64,000 nt of DNA from Leucoraja erinacea (taxonomy: Eukaryota). Positions within the stretch are counted from its first letter, which is position 1. Every line of letters starts with the position of its first letter. Below the pieces are notes generated by a model, which made no database searches, was not told the origin of the DNA, and worked only from the letters and a program-made list of their open reading frames with translations. The stretch spans positions 14,322,001 through 14,386,000 of the forward strand of contig NC_073408.1 in assembly GCF_028641065.1 (NCBI RefSeq), in the 5' to 3' direction. Both the position numbers and the translations under genes were made by a program. Below, piece by piece: positions 26,487 through 38,300 of the stretch.

Positions 26487-28372
26487 CTAACGGTAAAGAT
26501 AATGTACACTTTATTGTAGATTAAAGCAATGTGAAAAGAATTAACATGCAAGTAGACACAGAACAGCTATTTACAATCAAATTTTGCACTTCTGAAAGCT
26601 AATCATTCTCAAGGGGCCTCAGTACAACACGGACTGCCACTGAAGCCAAGTTGGAAAGAATCGAATACGTAACAAAAAGCTAAGCTTGTTCTTGTCTATG
26701 GAGAGTGAGGGATTGATGCGGAGAGGAAAGGGGAGTGAATGCTAGAGCTTAATGAACCATTTGCACGATGAAAGTTGAGAATCTTCGACATTACGACTGG
26801 AGAAATGTAGAATTGTTCGATGGTTATACAGCTGGTAGTAACGAGATGAAGTGTTTGGTAAACGTAGCAAATGGAGGTCCAAATGCCTAACCGTTTGAAG
26901 AGTCAACCCAGTAATATAATTCTTAGGTGATTTCCTTCACCTGTCGGAACACAGGTGGGTGTGGGGTTGTAAGTGATTTATACGGCTACCACAAATGATC
27001 ACAGATACCCCTGCATATGGTGAGAGTACTAGGGCCACCTGTGAAGGGAATGCTAGAGTAACTCAGCGGGCCAGGCAGCATCTCTGAAGAGGGAATGGGT
27101 GACGCTTTGGGTCGAGACCCTACTCCCGCTGAGTTACTCCAACTATCTTCTTTTTAAACCAGCATCTGCAGTTTCATCCTACACATGATAAGGGAATATT
27201 GTTGGTGTGGCCATGAATAGAGGAATTGATATTGAAAACAAAGTTATTGCAGGACAGAGGGCTATGAACTCAAAGACCTAAGGTTAAGACAAGTACATAA
27301 GACGGGCATTGAAAATAGCGAGAAGAAGATACCACTCATTGCAATGAAGTACAAAACAAGCAGAGATGCAAAATACAATACAATACTATACAAAACAATA
27401 CAATTTATTGTCAACGAAATTCTGTTTCCACAGCCATACAAACAAAGACAATTTCCTACAGACATACACACAATTTAATTCACACAAACAAGTCCCCCCC
27501 CCCCCCCCCCCTGCTCCCCACATATACCACATTTAAAACTAGTATTAAAAAAAACACCAACACTACATTTAACTAGACAAAAAATAAAAAAAAGACAGAA
27601 AGGCTGTAGGGGGCGCTGCAACGGGTGAGTCGCGCCACCAACCAAAGGGTGAAGTGTTGCAGGAGATGGATAAGGACAGAAGAAAGTGAGTTTTGGTGAA
27701 AGGGAACATAGAACCTCTGTGAGGCCGTAGCCAAGAAGTTTGGAGAAGGAGCAATTAGTTATATTTGAAATACTTTTATCAATGCACACACGCACAATGA
27801 GGACTTAGATGGCAAAAGTCCAATTCTAAAATAAATAGGATAGAACATGAATATGGAAGGGAGAGGGATGATGAATAATGATCCACCCTGTAAGTGTCAT
27901 AAACTCTGATTGCGAAGGAAGGTTAGCTGGATTAGCTTTTAAGATTGCCTCAGTGGAGGTGGGGAGACACACACATAGGATTACCAAGAGATATCTATAA
28001 ATAAGCTTCAAACTGAACTGAGAATGATTCAAATCTGGGAAATAATCATCATAGTTAGAAGACAATTAGGGGCAGATTAATTAAAAGCAATTGAGAAAGG
28101 TGAATTGAAACTTTGGGTCTGAGTAACAGGACAAGAGAGGAAGGCAAAATAGAAGAAACCAAGAACAATATAAATTAGAGAAAATGTAAGTGATAAAACT
28201 AATGGAACTGGGTCAATGAACAGGTAAAGTAGATGCAGAAGACATTCAGTTAGACTGGTATAGATGGTGATGTACAGTGCATATCAGTTATAACACAACA
28301 ATGTGCATACAATAAGAATTCAAAGATTAGCAACCATTGAATACCACTTCAAAAGTTATAGATGATACTTAC

Positions 28373-28663
28373 ACATAATATTCAGTTTGATCGTATTTAC
28401 AGCTGGCCGTCTAAAAACGGAATGATTAATCTGACAACTGCAAACAGTTCCATTGTCTTCCACTCTTGGGACAATCTTGTAATGACTGGTGGCAACTAGT
28501 GTGCCATTCCTGTCTGTTTCAAAAGTTGGTGCAGTGATATTTGTAGAAGTGCATGTCCATGTAAAGGAGATATCCTTGTCATGCAATCCCTTGCCAGTGC
28601 AGGTTAGAGTGGATTCATGACCAGCAACCAAAGTATCACTCCGTATATACATTTCTGGAAGAT
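28373..28663 (-). CDS. Gene B C1-like exon
   Basis: 291 nt, AG/GT; 4 amino-acid differences from A. Confidence 0.92.
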
Positions 28664-30269
28664 CTGAGAGAAGATAAAGCATAAAGTATTAAACTATATA
28701 TCACACATTTCAATGTTAGTGAAACTTACTGACAGAGTAAGTTGTCCAAAATTCTGCTCTATTTTCATAGAGAATATGTTAAATTAATGATGTAGAATTA
28801 TAAAAAAAATATAGCCCTTCTTTAGCTGAGACGCATCAAGGATCAAATATATGCTGGACCATTATAATATTACTCCATGGTCCTGGCAAAATGAGATCAT
28901 GTATATCCAACAGACTCACAGTCTTTTGGTTAGTATTGGCGATACTTGTAATGCACAGTAATGCACAGTAAAACATTTCAGTGAGAGAATAGTGGTAACT
29001 TGAGTTAATAATAATCACTGTAGAAATTTATGGTATAGAACAAGAGATCCCAACCTGGGATAAATTTACCCCCAGAGGGTAAATTTCGCCTACCTAGGGG
29101 GTAAATTTGTTGAGTCTGGATTTTGTACATATTTTTTCTCATTGACTGACTGTGTTTGGTTCTGGCATACCGGTATCTGTTCATCATTAGTTGTTCATAT
29201 ATAAGTGAAATAACATTGTTATGTGCTATTAAAGTTGCCAGTGGTAATCGGGACGAAAATGGTTGAGAACCCCTGGTGTAGGAGATACATGCTGCTCTAA
29301 AACATACGTTAAATTTACTCTCACTTCTCAAGTTCAAAGCCCTGTAAGTGATGCACTTCAAGTGCTTATTCAGGTACATGAAATTTGGTGAAGATTTCTA
29401 CTTCTTTTACCCATTCTGGTGATGAATTCCAGTCACTGCCACTGATTAAGTGAATTTATTTGTTTAATAAGGAATTGCAGATGCTGGAAAATCGAAGGTA
29501 CACAAAAATGCTGGAGAAACTCAGCGGGTGCAGCAGCATCTATGGAGCGAAGGAAGCTTCATAGATGCTGCTGCACCCGCTGAGTTTCTCCAGCATTTTT
29601 GTGTACGTCCAAGTGAATTTATTTGTTCACAACATCAACCCAATTTTGTCTACCAGCTAAATTACATCTATGCTTCTAAGTTACTCCGGGCAACGAGATC
29701 CAAGTCCTTTCTGGTTTGTTTGTTGAGACCTCACATAATTTAATGCACTGCAATTTAATTGCTCCTCAGACTTAATTGTTGCAAACAAAGGAGACCAACC
29801 CTGCTCTGCTCTTTTCTCACCCATAGCTATGTGGCTAAGCATAGCTCCAACGCCATCTATCAACTCAACAATGACACCATAGTGGTTAGCTGAATTAGGG
29901 GTGGTGATCAGTCAGTCCGCAAGAGAGAGATGGAACAACTGGTTGATTGGTGCTGCAACAACAAACTCTCACTCAAGGTCAACAAAACAAAGTAGCAAAT
30001 CATTAACTTTGGAATGGTGAAGTCGGGCGACAACATGCAGTTTTTAAGATTGGGTCAATGGTGGAATGAGTTAGCAACTTCAAATTCCTGGATGATAACA
30101 TCTCAGATGACCTCGCTTAAGCAGAGCACATAGCTGTAATCATGAAAAAGATCTACCACTGCCTCTACTTTGTTAGAAGTTTAAAAATTAATTGGGTCAA
30201 TAATATTATTGATTTCATAAACATAAAGTGGCGAGACTGGAGATCATCATGGTATTACAAATACTTTAC

Positions 30270-30617
30270 CATAAACCTGTATTCGTGTTCCTTGGCCCGT
30301 TTCATAAATTGGAGGGAAGACATTTGGTACCTTCACCGCACAGATGTAGTCGTAAACAGAGTGACCAAACGATACATTTTCAATCATCAGTGATACTGTA
30401 CAGTTGTTGAAACCACCCCAGAGGGGGTGAGGAATGCAGAGCGAGTTGTTCGTGTTGTAAGTAATATCAGCCCCTCCAGGCGATTTCCGATACCATGAAA
30501 CGCGGAGCCAGGCATTCACACTTCCATTATAACTAAACGTACAGTTTAACGTGACGGACTCGCCTCTGCACACTTTGACCAGACGTGGCTGGATCAAATT
30601 TGTGATTAGCGGAACTC
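30270..30617 (-). CDS. Gene B V-set (VJ-type) exon
   Basis: 348 nt, canonical AG/GT; 15 amino-acid differences from A. Confidence 0.95.
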
Positions 30618-30667
30618 CTGGTGGAAAATAAATACATTTGTCAATGATACTCCCGTTAGTAGTTCAA

Positions 30668-31407
30668 TAGGGTGATTTCACCTAAGGTCAAATGAGCGTA
30701 GATCCCCCCTCACGTGACCGAAAATTTTTACTGGAGGACATCTCTCAGTTTGGTACATGTAAGTGAATGGGGAAACACGCACTTTCCCACCCGTTAAAAA
30801 CATGGAAAACGGCCGATTTTTGAGCTGAAATTTTCTGTGCTAGTCGGGGTGACCGTAAAGCACAGCGACCTAAAATTTCAGGCAAAAAAAAAGATAGAAA
30901 GTAAGGTAATTACAAGAGGGAACTGAAGGTAGAAAGCAGTGGAAGTGAACAGCTGACATTTGCCGTGGTGATTTTAAGATCCAAAATATCGGGAATTATC
31001 GCGTTTGCTCGCTGAATTTCATCAAAAGGAAGGCATTATTAACTTACTTTTGATGAAATTTAGCGAGCAAACGCGATAATTCCCGATATTTTGGATCTTA
31101 AAATCTCCACGGCAAATGTTTGCTGTTCAATTCCGCTGTGTTCCACCTTCAGTTCCCTCTTGTATTTACCTTACTTTCTATCTTTTATTTTGCCTGAAAT
31201 TTTAGGTCGCTGTGCTTCACGGTCACCCCGACTAGCACAGAAAATTTCAGCTCAAAAATCGGCCGTTTTCCATGTTTTTAACGGGTGGGAAAGTGCGTGT
31301 TTCCCCATTCACTTACATGTACCGAACTGAGAGATGTCCTCCAGTTAAAATTTTCGATCACGTGAGGGGGGGTCTACGCTCATTTGACCTTTGGTGAAAT
31401 CACCCTA
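30668..31407. mobile_element. 740-bp foldback element (two ~365-bp inverted arms) in gene B intron 1
   Basis: TAGGGTGATTTCACC...GGTGAAATCACCCTA; ~10-nt loop at 31033-31042; empty site in A at ~11911. Confidence 0.9.
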
Positions 31408-32113
31408 TAAACATCCACTTTACACACTGAACGAGGGATTGGTTTTCTAACGGAAACAATACTTAAAAGAAACGCATTCAAATCTGACGATTTCAAACAC
31501 CGATTCTCGCTTCCATGATGGTTGCAAATGCCTTCTCTCAGCAGATTCGGTGGCAGGTGGCACCGTGATATTTGGACGCTAGAAAAGACACAAGTGGCTG
31601 GAGTAACTCGGCGGGTCAGGAAGCATCTCAGGAGCACATGGATGAGATGATTTTTCAAAGTTTGGAAAAGGGTCCCGACCCGAAACGCCTCCTATCCATG
31701 TTCTCCAGGGATGCTGCCTGCCTGACCCGCTGAGTTGCTCCAGCACTCTGTGTCTTCACTTGCAAACCAGAATCTGCTGTTCTTCGTTTCTACACCTTCG
31801 TAAGATTCTTGCTTTGTGCTCTCTGATGGAGTTGTAGTGACCGAATTATATCTCAAATGTTTTAACTATTTGAATCTTTGCAGGCAATCGCAGTCAATGA
31901 AGATGCAAAACTTTTATTCCAACATTAAAAATATAGATTAAATGGAGACTAAATATTTTGAAGGGTTTCTCGGCCTTTGAGCAGAGATATTAATCGACTT
32001 GCTGTTTTAATAACAGACTAGCTCCTGAACTACCTATCGATGCAATATGCCACATAATGAAGATCCTCATCACGGCTCCTTGGTCCACAGATTGTCCGAT
32101 CAACATAACTTGC

Positions 32114-32162
32114 CTTGTGTTCCTGCATGCAGGAGGAAAAGCAGCTTCAGGAGGAGTTGCAT
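32114..32162 (-). CDS. Gene B leader exon MQLLLKLLFLLHAGTQ(G)
   Basis: Paralog of the A leader with the same GC donor. Confidence 0.8.
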
Positions 32163-32320
32163 CTTTACCCGATTCTGACCGGCCCTGGAAATGTTAAACT
32201 CTCCGCCCGCGGTCAGCTCCAATCGTGCAAATGTCAAGTGAGGATGATCCGTCCGCTGTGAACTCGCATCTCAGACGGAGAATATCAGAGACTGTGAAAT
32301 GCCAGAGGGTGTACTGAGCA

Positions 32321-32360
32321 GAGGAAGTTACGTTCGAGCCGAAGGAAGTTTTCACTTTCC
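32321..32360 (-). promoter_or_regulatory. ETS + ISRE-like cluster upstream of gene B
   Basis: Same motifs as in gene A. Confidence 0.45.
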
Positions 32361-35300
32361 CTAGATTAATATCACTGCCTTTGTTCAAGCAAACACTGAG
32401 GATCTGTGTCAATGAAATCCACAGAGTGCGTGTTGGAAGAGAACGGAATCAAACACAATGTCACAGCATCTAAAACAGCTACCCCAGTCAATGCGCCGTC
32501 AGAGTGACTTCAGTGCCTTTTATAATTCGCTGCAGCAAGGTTGTCTTACTTCAAATAAGTTTCTTTCACCCATTGAAGCATTTTGATAAAGTTTAACTCT
32601 CACTTCCTGCACTGGCACCACTGAAAAATGCTTTTTCCGCCCTTGTTCAACCTATAGCATTAGGTTTAAAGTGAAGGGGGAGTTAATAGGAATCTGACGG
32701 GCAACTTTTTTTACACAATGACAAAAATGAGAGAAAAGGGAGCACAGGATTACCTGAAATTGCAGCACATGTAATAATCTAATTTTCATTGTTCATACTA
32801 AATTGTAGATTACCCAGATGAGATCTGAAGTGCTGTTCTTCCAATCTGGATTAGACCTCACCATGGTCATGTGAAGGCCTAGGACAGACTGGTCAGTGTG
32901 AGTAGGAAGGGGAGATGAAAGGTCTGGCAACTGGGAAGACAGAATAGCCATTAGGGACAGAGCACTTCCACGAGGCAGCTGCTTGAACTACAGCTGGTCT
33001 CGCCGATGTAGAGGAGATCACATCAGGAATACAAATTGAGTAGACAAAGTTGTAGCAGATCGTGAATCTACATCTGACCTGGAAATACTGTTTAGGTCAC
33101 TGGATGGTAGTGAGGACATAGATGTAGGAACAAGTGTAGCATCTCTTACGGTTGCAGTAGAAAGAGCTAGGGGGCAGGGAGAGGTGGGTGGGAATGTATA
33201 AGTGAATTAGTGAGTGGCAGAGGGAAAGCAGGAAGAGATGGGGTGGGGAAGATGTGACTGCTGGTGGGATCCCATCGCAGCTGGTGGAAAGGTAAAGACC
33301 AAGGGAATAGTATCTTTGTTAAATGGAGGAAATGTGAACGGGAGGTCCATCGACCACAGCAGAGGAGAAATCACATTTTGTGGAGGACATCTGAGATGTT
33401 ATAGAGTCATAGGGTCATACAGCATGGAAACAGGCCCATTGGCCCACCTTGCAAACATGTCCCAGCTACACTAGTCCCTCCTGTCTGCTTTTGGTCCATA
33501 ACCCACTAAACCTGTCCTATCCACGTACCTGTCTAAATGTTTCTTAAACACTGTAAGAGATAGTACCTGCCTCAATTATCTCCTCTGGCAGCTCGTTCCA
33601 TGCACCCTCCACCCTATCAGGTTCCTATTAAGCCTTTCCCCATAAACCTTATTACCTTAAACCTATGATGAATATAACTTCACCAGAGCCTATGTTCTGG
33701 AAAGGAAAGTCTCTTCTTGAGAGTAGATGCAACAGAAAAGGTGACACTGAGAGAAAGGGAAAGAAAGGTGGACTTACAGCACTGTGGTGCTGGCTCGAAG
33801 TACCAAATGACCTCGACTTGCACCTATTTTCTTTGTTTACAAGAGACCATGTGGGAGGAAGACTTGTCAAGATCATTGTGGGGGTTAGTTGGACTATGTT
33901 AAATGTCAGTAGATTGTTAGTCTCCTGAGACAGTGACAGAGAGATACAGAAAAAGGGAGAGATGCAAGAAATGGCCCAACTGAATTTTAGATTCATAGGG
34001 AGAAGATCATAGTGAAGGTGATGAACAGAGTCATTAAAGTGTTTACTTGATTTTGACTCTACTCTTCTGTATTATATTCTTGGGTCAGATTGTGAACTAA
34101 CCTCTTATATGGCATATGTGGAACTGCTCTGCATCTGTACACGGCCATATCATAACCAGACCTATTGGCACAGTAGATGCCATTCCTATCTTTTCTACCA
34201 GTGCGCCACCTTGTGCATAAATTTAACATAGCAGTTATATGCTTAAAATACATTTGGTTTGGTGCATTAAATGTAATATAACATGGGTATAATGATAAAA
34301 TATAATGTAAGTTGGCACAGATTTGGTGGGTCAAAGTGTCTGTTTTCACGCTGAATCTCTCCATGACGGTGACTACCTTTTGCACCCTATTTGGTGAAAT
34401 ATCTAGGCCTTTCCCAGTGGTGATCAGTTGTGAGAAATCAATGTACTCAAGTACGATGGCTCATGTGATAAATTGGCCCATTATTTGGTTGTCTTCTCTC
34501 ACTGCTTTGCAGATGAAGAAGAAAGGCATTTATGTGGAGAAGCTAGATAGTCAGCAAGGAAGAACAATTCTACTTTGGAAAAATAAGGGTATCAAGCAAG
34601 AACCAATTACTTTCTTGAGGTAGCTAAAGTAAATACTATTTAAGAATTTAAGAAATAATTTAAGAATAAGGGCTAAGCCATTTAGAACAGAGACGACAAA
34701 ACACTTTTTCTCACAGAGAGTTGTGAGTCTGTGGAATTCTCTGCCTCGGTGGAAGGCAGTGGAGGCCAGTTCTCTGGATGCTTTCAAGAGAGCGCTAGAT
34801 AGGGCTCTTAAAGATAGCGGAGTCAGGAGATGTGGGGAGAAGGCAGGAACGGGGATACTGATTGGGGATGATCAGCCATGATCACATTGAATAGCAGTGC
34901 TGGCTCGAAGGGCCGAATGGCCTACCCCTGCACCTAGTGTCTATTGTCTATTTATGAAATAGCTCCAGTGTTGAATTTGTTTTTTTATATTATAGACCAT
35001 AGAAAATATAGCACAGCAATACTATATAATATTTTTTCATATGAATTGAAAATGTGTAGGGTGTGAATAGGAACAACATTCAATAATCTGGAAAAGTTGA
35101 CAATCAACCAACTTTCAAATTCCCAAGTGTGTCGGATAATCAGACTTTTACTTGGCTCCATATTTGTAGTTTTCTTGCTTTCAGAAAAACTGTTGCTACA
35201 GATGCTGCAGTTATCTGCACTTTGATTTATGTTCTGAATCCTAGTGTAGTTCTTGCACCATCTGCTGGTCAAATATAAAACTGGATGGAGTTCAGAGAAG

Positions 35301-38300
35301 ATTTACGAGGATGCTGCCGGGACTTGAGGTCCTCAGCTCGAGGGAGAGGTTGGAACTTTATTCCTTGGCTAGGAGCGTATATGGATGATAGATGATCTGA
35401 TAGATAGATCGTATATACGATCATGAGAGGAATAGATATGGTGAATGGACAGGATCTTTTACCCACAGTTGGGGAATCAAGAACCAGAGAACATATGTAT
35501 AAGGTGAGAGAGAAAAGATTTTAATAGGAACCCGAGAGGCTACTTATTCACACACATGGTAGTGCGTTTCTGGAAGAAGCTGCCAGAGGAGGTAGTTGAA
35601 GCAGGTACGACAACAGTATTTGAAAGACATTTGGACAGGTACATGGTTGAAATGGTTTAGAGGGATATGGGCCAACATGGGCAGGTGAGACCAGTATAGA
35701 TGGGGCATCTTCGTCGGCATGGGTCAGTTGAGGTGAAGGGCCTGTTTCCGTGCTGTATGACTCCACGGCTCCACGGAAATTATGTCAATTTAGTAAACTC
35801 ACCGGTATTGAGTTTAAGTTGAGAAACAAATAGCCAAAAACCTCCTTATATGGGCCTGGGATTGTTTGTAATGGAAAAATGTTTCTTAAGAATGTTGGAT
35901 TTGAGAAGGTTGTCCAAAGCATGAATAAATAAATTCCTCATTTGTCTTTATTTTAATGCCTCAGAAAATTGGTATCGAAATCAACTGGACATACGCACAA
36001 GCAGAAGAACACATTGCTCTCCATGTAAGAGCTATAATTGGAAATAATTCTACCGAAATAAGACCCTTACAAATGCATCAGTGATGGCTCCTGCATCCAG
36101 TGCCAATATGGAAATAGGTTTGATTTTGGGTCACCTTGAGTCGCCTTGGACAGTTCCAGAGTTGGTGGGCGATGACCTCAGGCAGGGTGTGTGCTTGATG
36201 AGAAGCATCTGATTCTTACATGGTTACAATTGGGTTACAATTGGGGCCATGGATTCAGCGTGTAATGTTCACAGAGGCCACATAAGTGGAAGCTCACAAC
36301 CGGAAACGTCGCTTGTCCATTACCACAGAGCTGCTGCCTGACCCGTTGAGTTATTCCATCACTTTGCGTTTTACTTAATTGGGATTGGTTCTCTGTAGAT
36401 GAAATGTATTAATTTATTGACACAGTGAATGTATTGGATCTGATGACACCATGAATTCAAGTAAAGAATGGATGAATCAAGGTATATGGGGAGAAGGCAA
36501 GCACGAGTTACTGATTGTGGATGATCAGACACGATCATAATGAATGGCAGTGCAGGCACGAAGGGCCAAATGGCCTCCTCCTACACCTATTTTTTTATGT
36601 TTCTATGTTTTCTCATGAGGCAATTCACGATGGATATTAAAAATGTGTATCATCAAAGCAGTTTGCCTCAATTTCCGTACAATAGCTGGCTGTGCATTTT
36701 TCAACTCAATTTTTAAATCAACACATCAAGGATGAGTCAATGAGCAAACCTTGAAACCACACACCTGACACCAGCTCAATGAACCATCTGTTACAGCTTT
36801 TTATCTTTAGAAAACAAACACCTCTTAAGTAAAGCACAAAATGCAGGAGTAACTCGACAGTTCAGACAGCAGCTCTGGAGGGAATGGACTAGCAATCTTT
36901 TGGGTTAGGAACATTCAATCATGTCTCAAAACTATATTTGATCTAAGGTAAGTAACAGATCAGATGTAATTTACAGCAGAGAAACAGACTCATGCATATT
37001 GGAGACAGAAGCAACAAAGGCTATACAAATGAATTAGTTCCTACCAAAGAAGTCCCAGTTGTATAATGTGGGAAAGTCTAACCTTGACCAGCCGACTCCT
37101 ACTGACATGTGCAATTTACCCAGGATTTATTGAGACTGTTAACATGACATTTAATATTGCTGATCACTGATTTCCACAATTCGGCATGGTGCAAAATAAG
37201 TCAATGCTCCTTTTAATCTGCTTAAGAGCAGCAATCAATAAATGCATTGTATATCACACACTCCTATGTACGTCAATCATTCCCTGCTTTATTATCCAGC
37301 TGTCGTGAGATTTCCAGTGCAAGCAAAATGCTGAGGACTCTTACGCAACCTGAAAGGCCAATTTAGCTTTTCTATGCAGATATTGCATGACTTGCCGAGT
37401 ATTCCCAGCATTAGCTGGTTTTATTTCAGGTTACGAAATAAGTGGCAGGGTAATTATTTTAGAGTCATTCACAGGCCAATATTTTGAAAGTTTTTCTTGG
37501 AAGCTGCTAAATGATCTAAAGGAAATTGACCTCCCATAAACTGGACACCGTTTTATGGGAAGTCGTTATGAATTTCCTTCAGATCATTTAGCAGCATCCA
37601 AGGAGCAAATCTTTCATTGCTGGAGGCCCCAGCCCAGTTGGTAAGTTGCAATATCTCTCAATATTTAGTAGTTCCAGAAATGAGAATTATGGAGGCAGTT
37701 GAAACACACAGAATACTGTGCCTTTGAATGATTTAAGTGACAAAAAGTACATTTCACTGACTGTTCTGACTCTTGTGTGAATTGAAACTGCTCGCTTCTC
37801 AGAACAGATGTTTCAGGTTGACATTCAAATATAACAAAACAATCCCACGCTGAACAATTCCCCAAAGAACATTTCAACTGCATTCAACCTGGGAGGCTAT
37901 CAGGTTACCGACTTCAAATATCACTTCTAAAACCCACACCAGAAGCGCCTTGGCAGCTCAGGTTCTCGCTCTGAAACACTGTAAAATAACGAGTGATTCA
38001 AGGAAACAAGACTACCTTATTAGAAAATAGAAAAGTTTACGTAGGGACAGGAATCTTCTTGTGGCATTCTACGTCCAGCCATTAGTCACATGATGCAATT
38101 TGTAAAGGGGTGCGTACCTGATATAGCATGGGATTCATCATCATGGCAGTTCAAGCCTGTAACCTGCAGTGGTCTCAAGTTCAGGCAAACATGCATGGAT
38201 TCAAGTATAACTCCTGGAATAAGGATGGTTGGAGTTAATGACAGAGTCCCTGAAATCCAATCATTTTCCTCATGATTGCAGATGCCAGCTCTGACACTAA

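Larger units (their letters stand above)
25677..32162 (-). other. IgSF receptor gene B, tandem paralog of A, stop codon just after the TM
   Basis: Same exon sizes and splice sites as gene A; TAA at 25679-25677. Confidence 0.88.
21030..36262. repeat. Tandem segmental duplication, unit 2
   Basis: Colinear with 665-16843. Confidence 0.9.
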
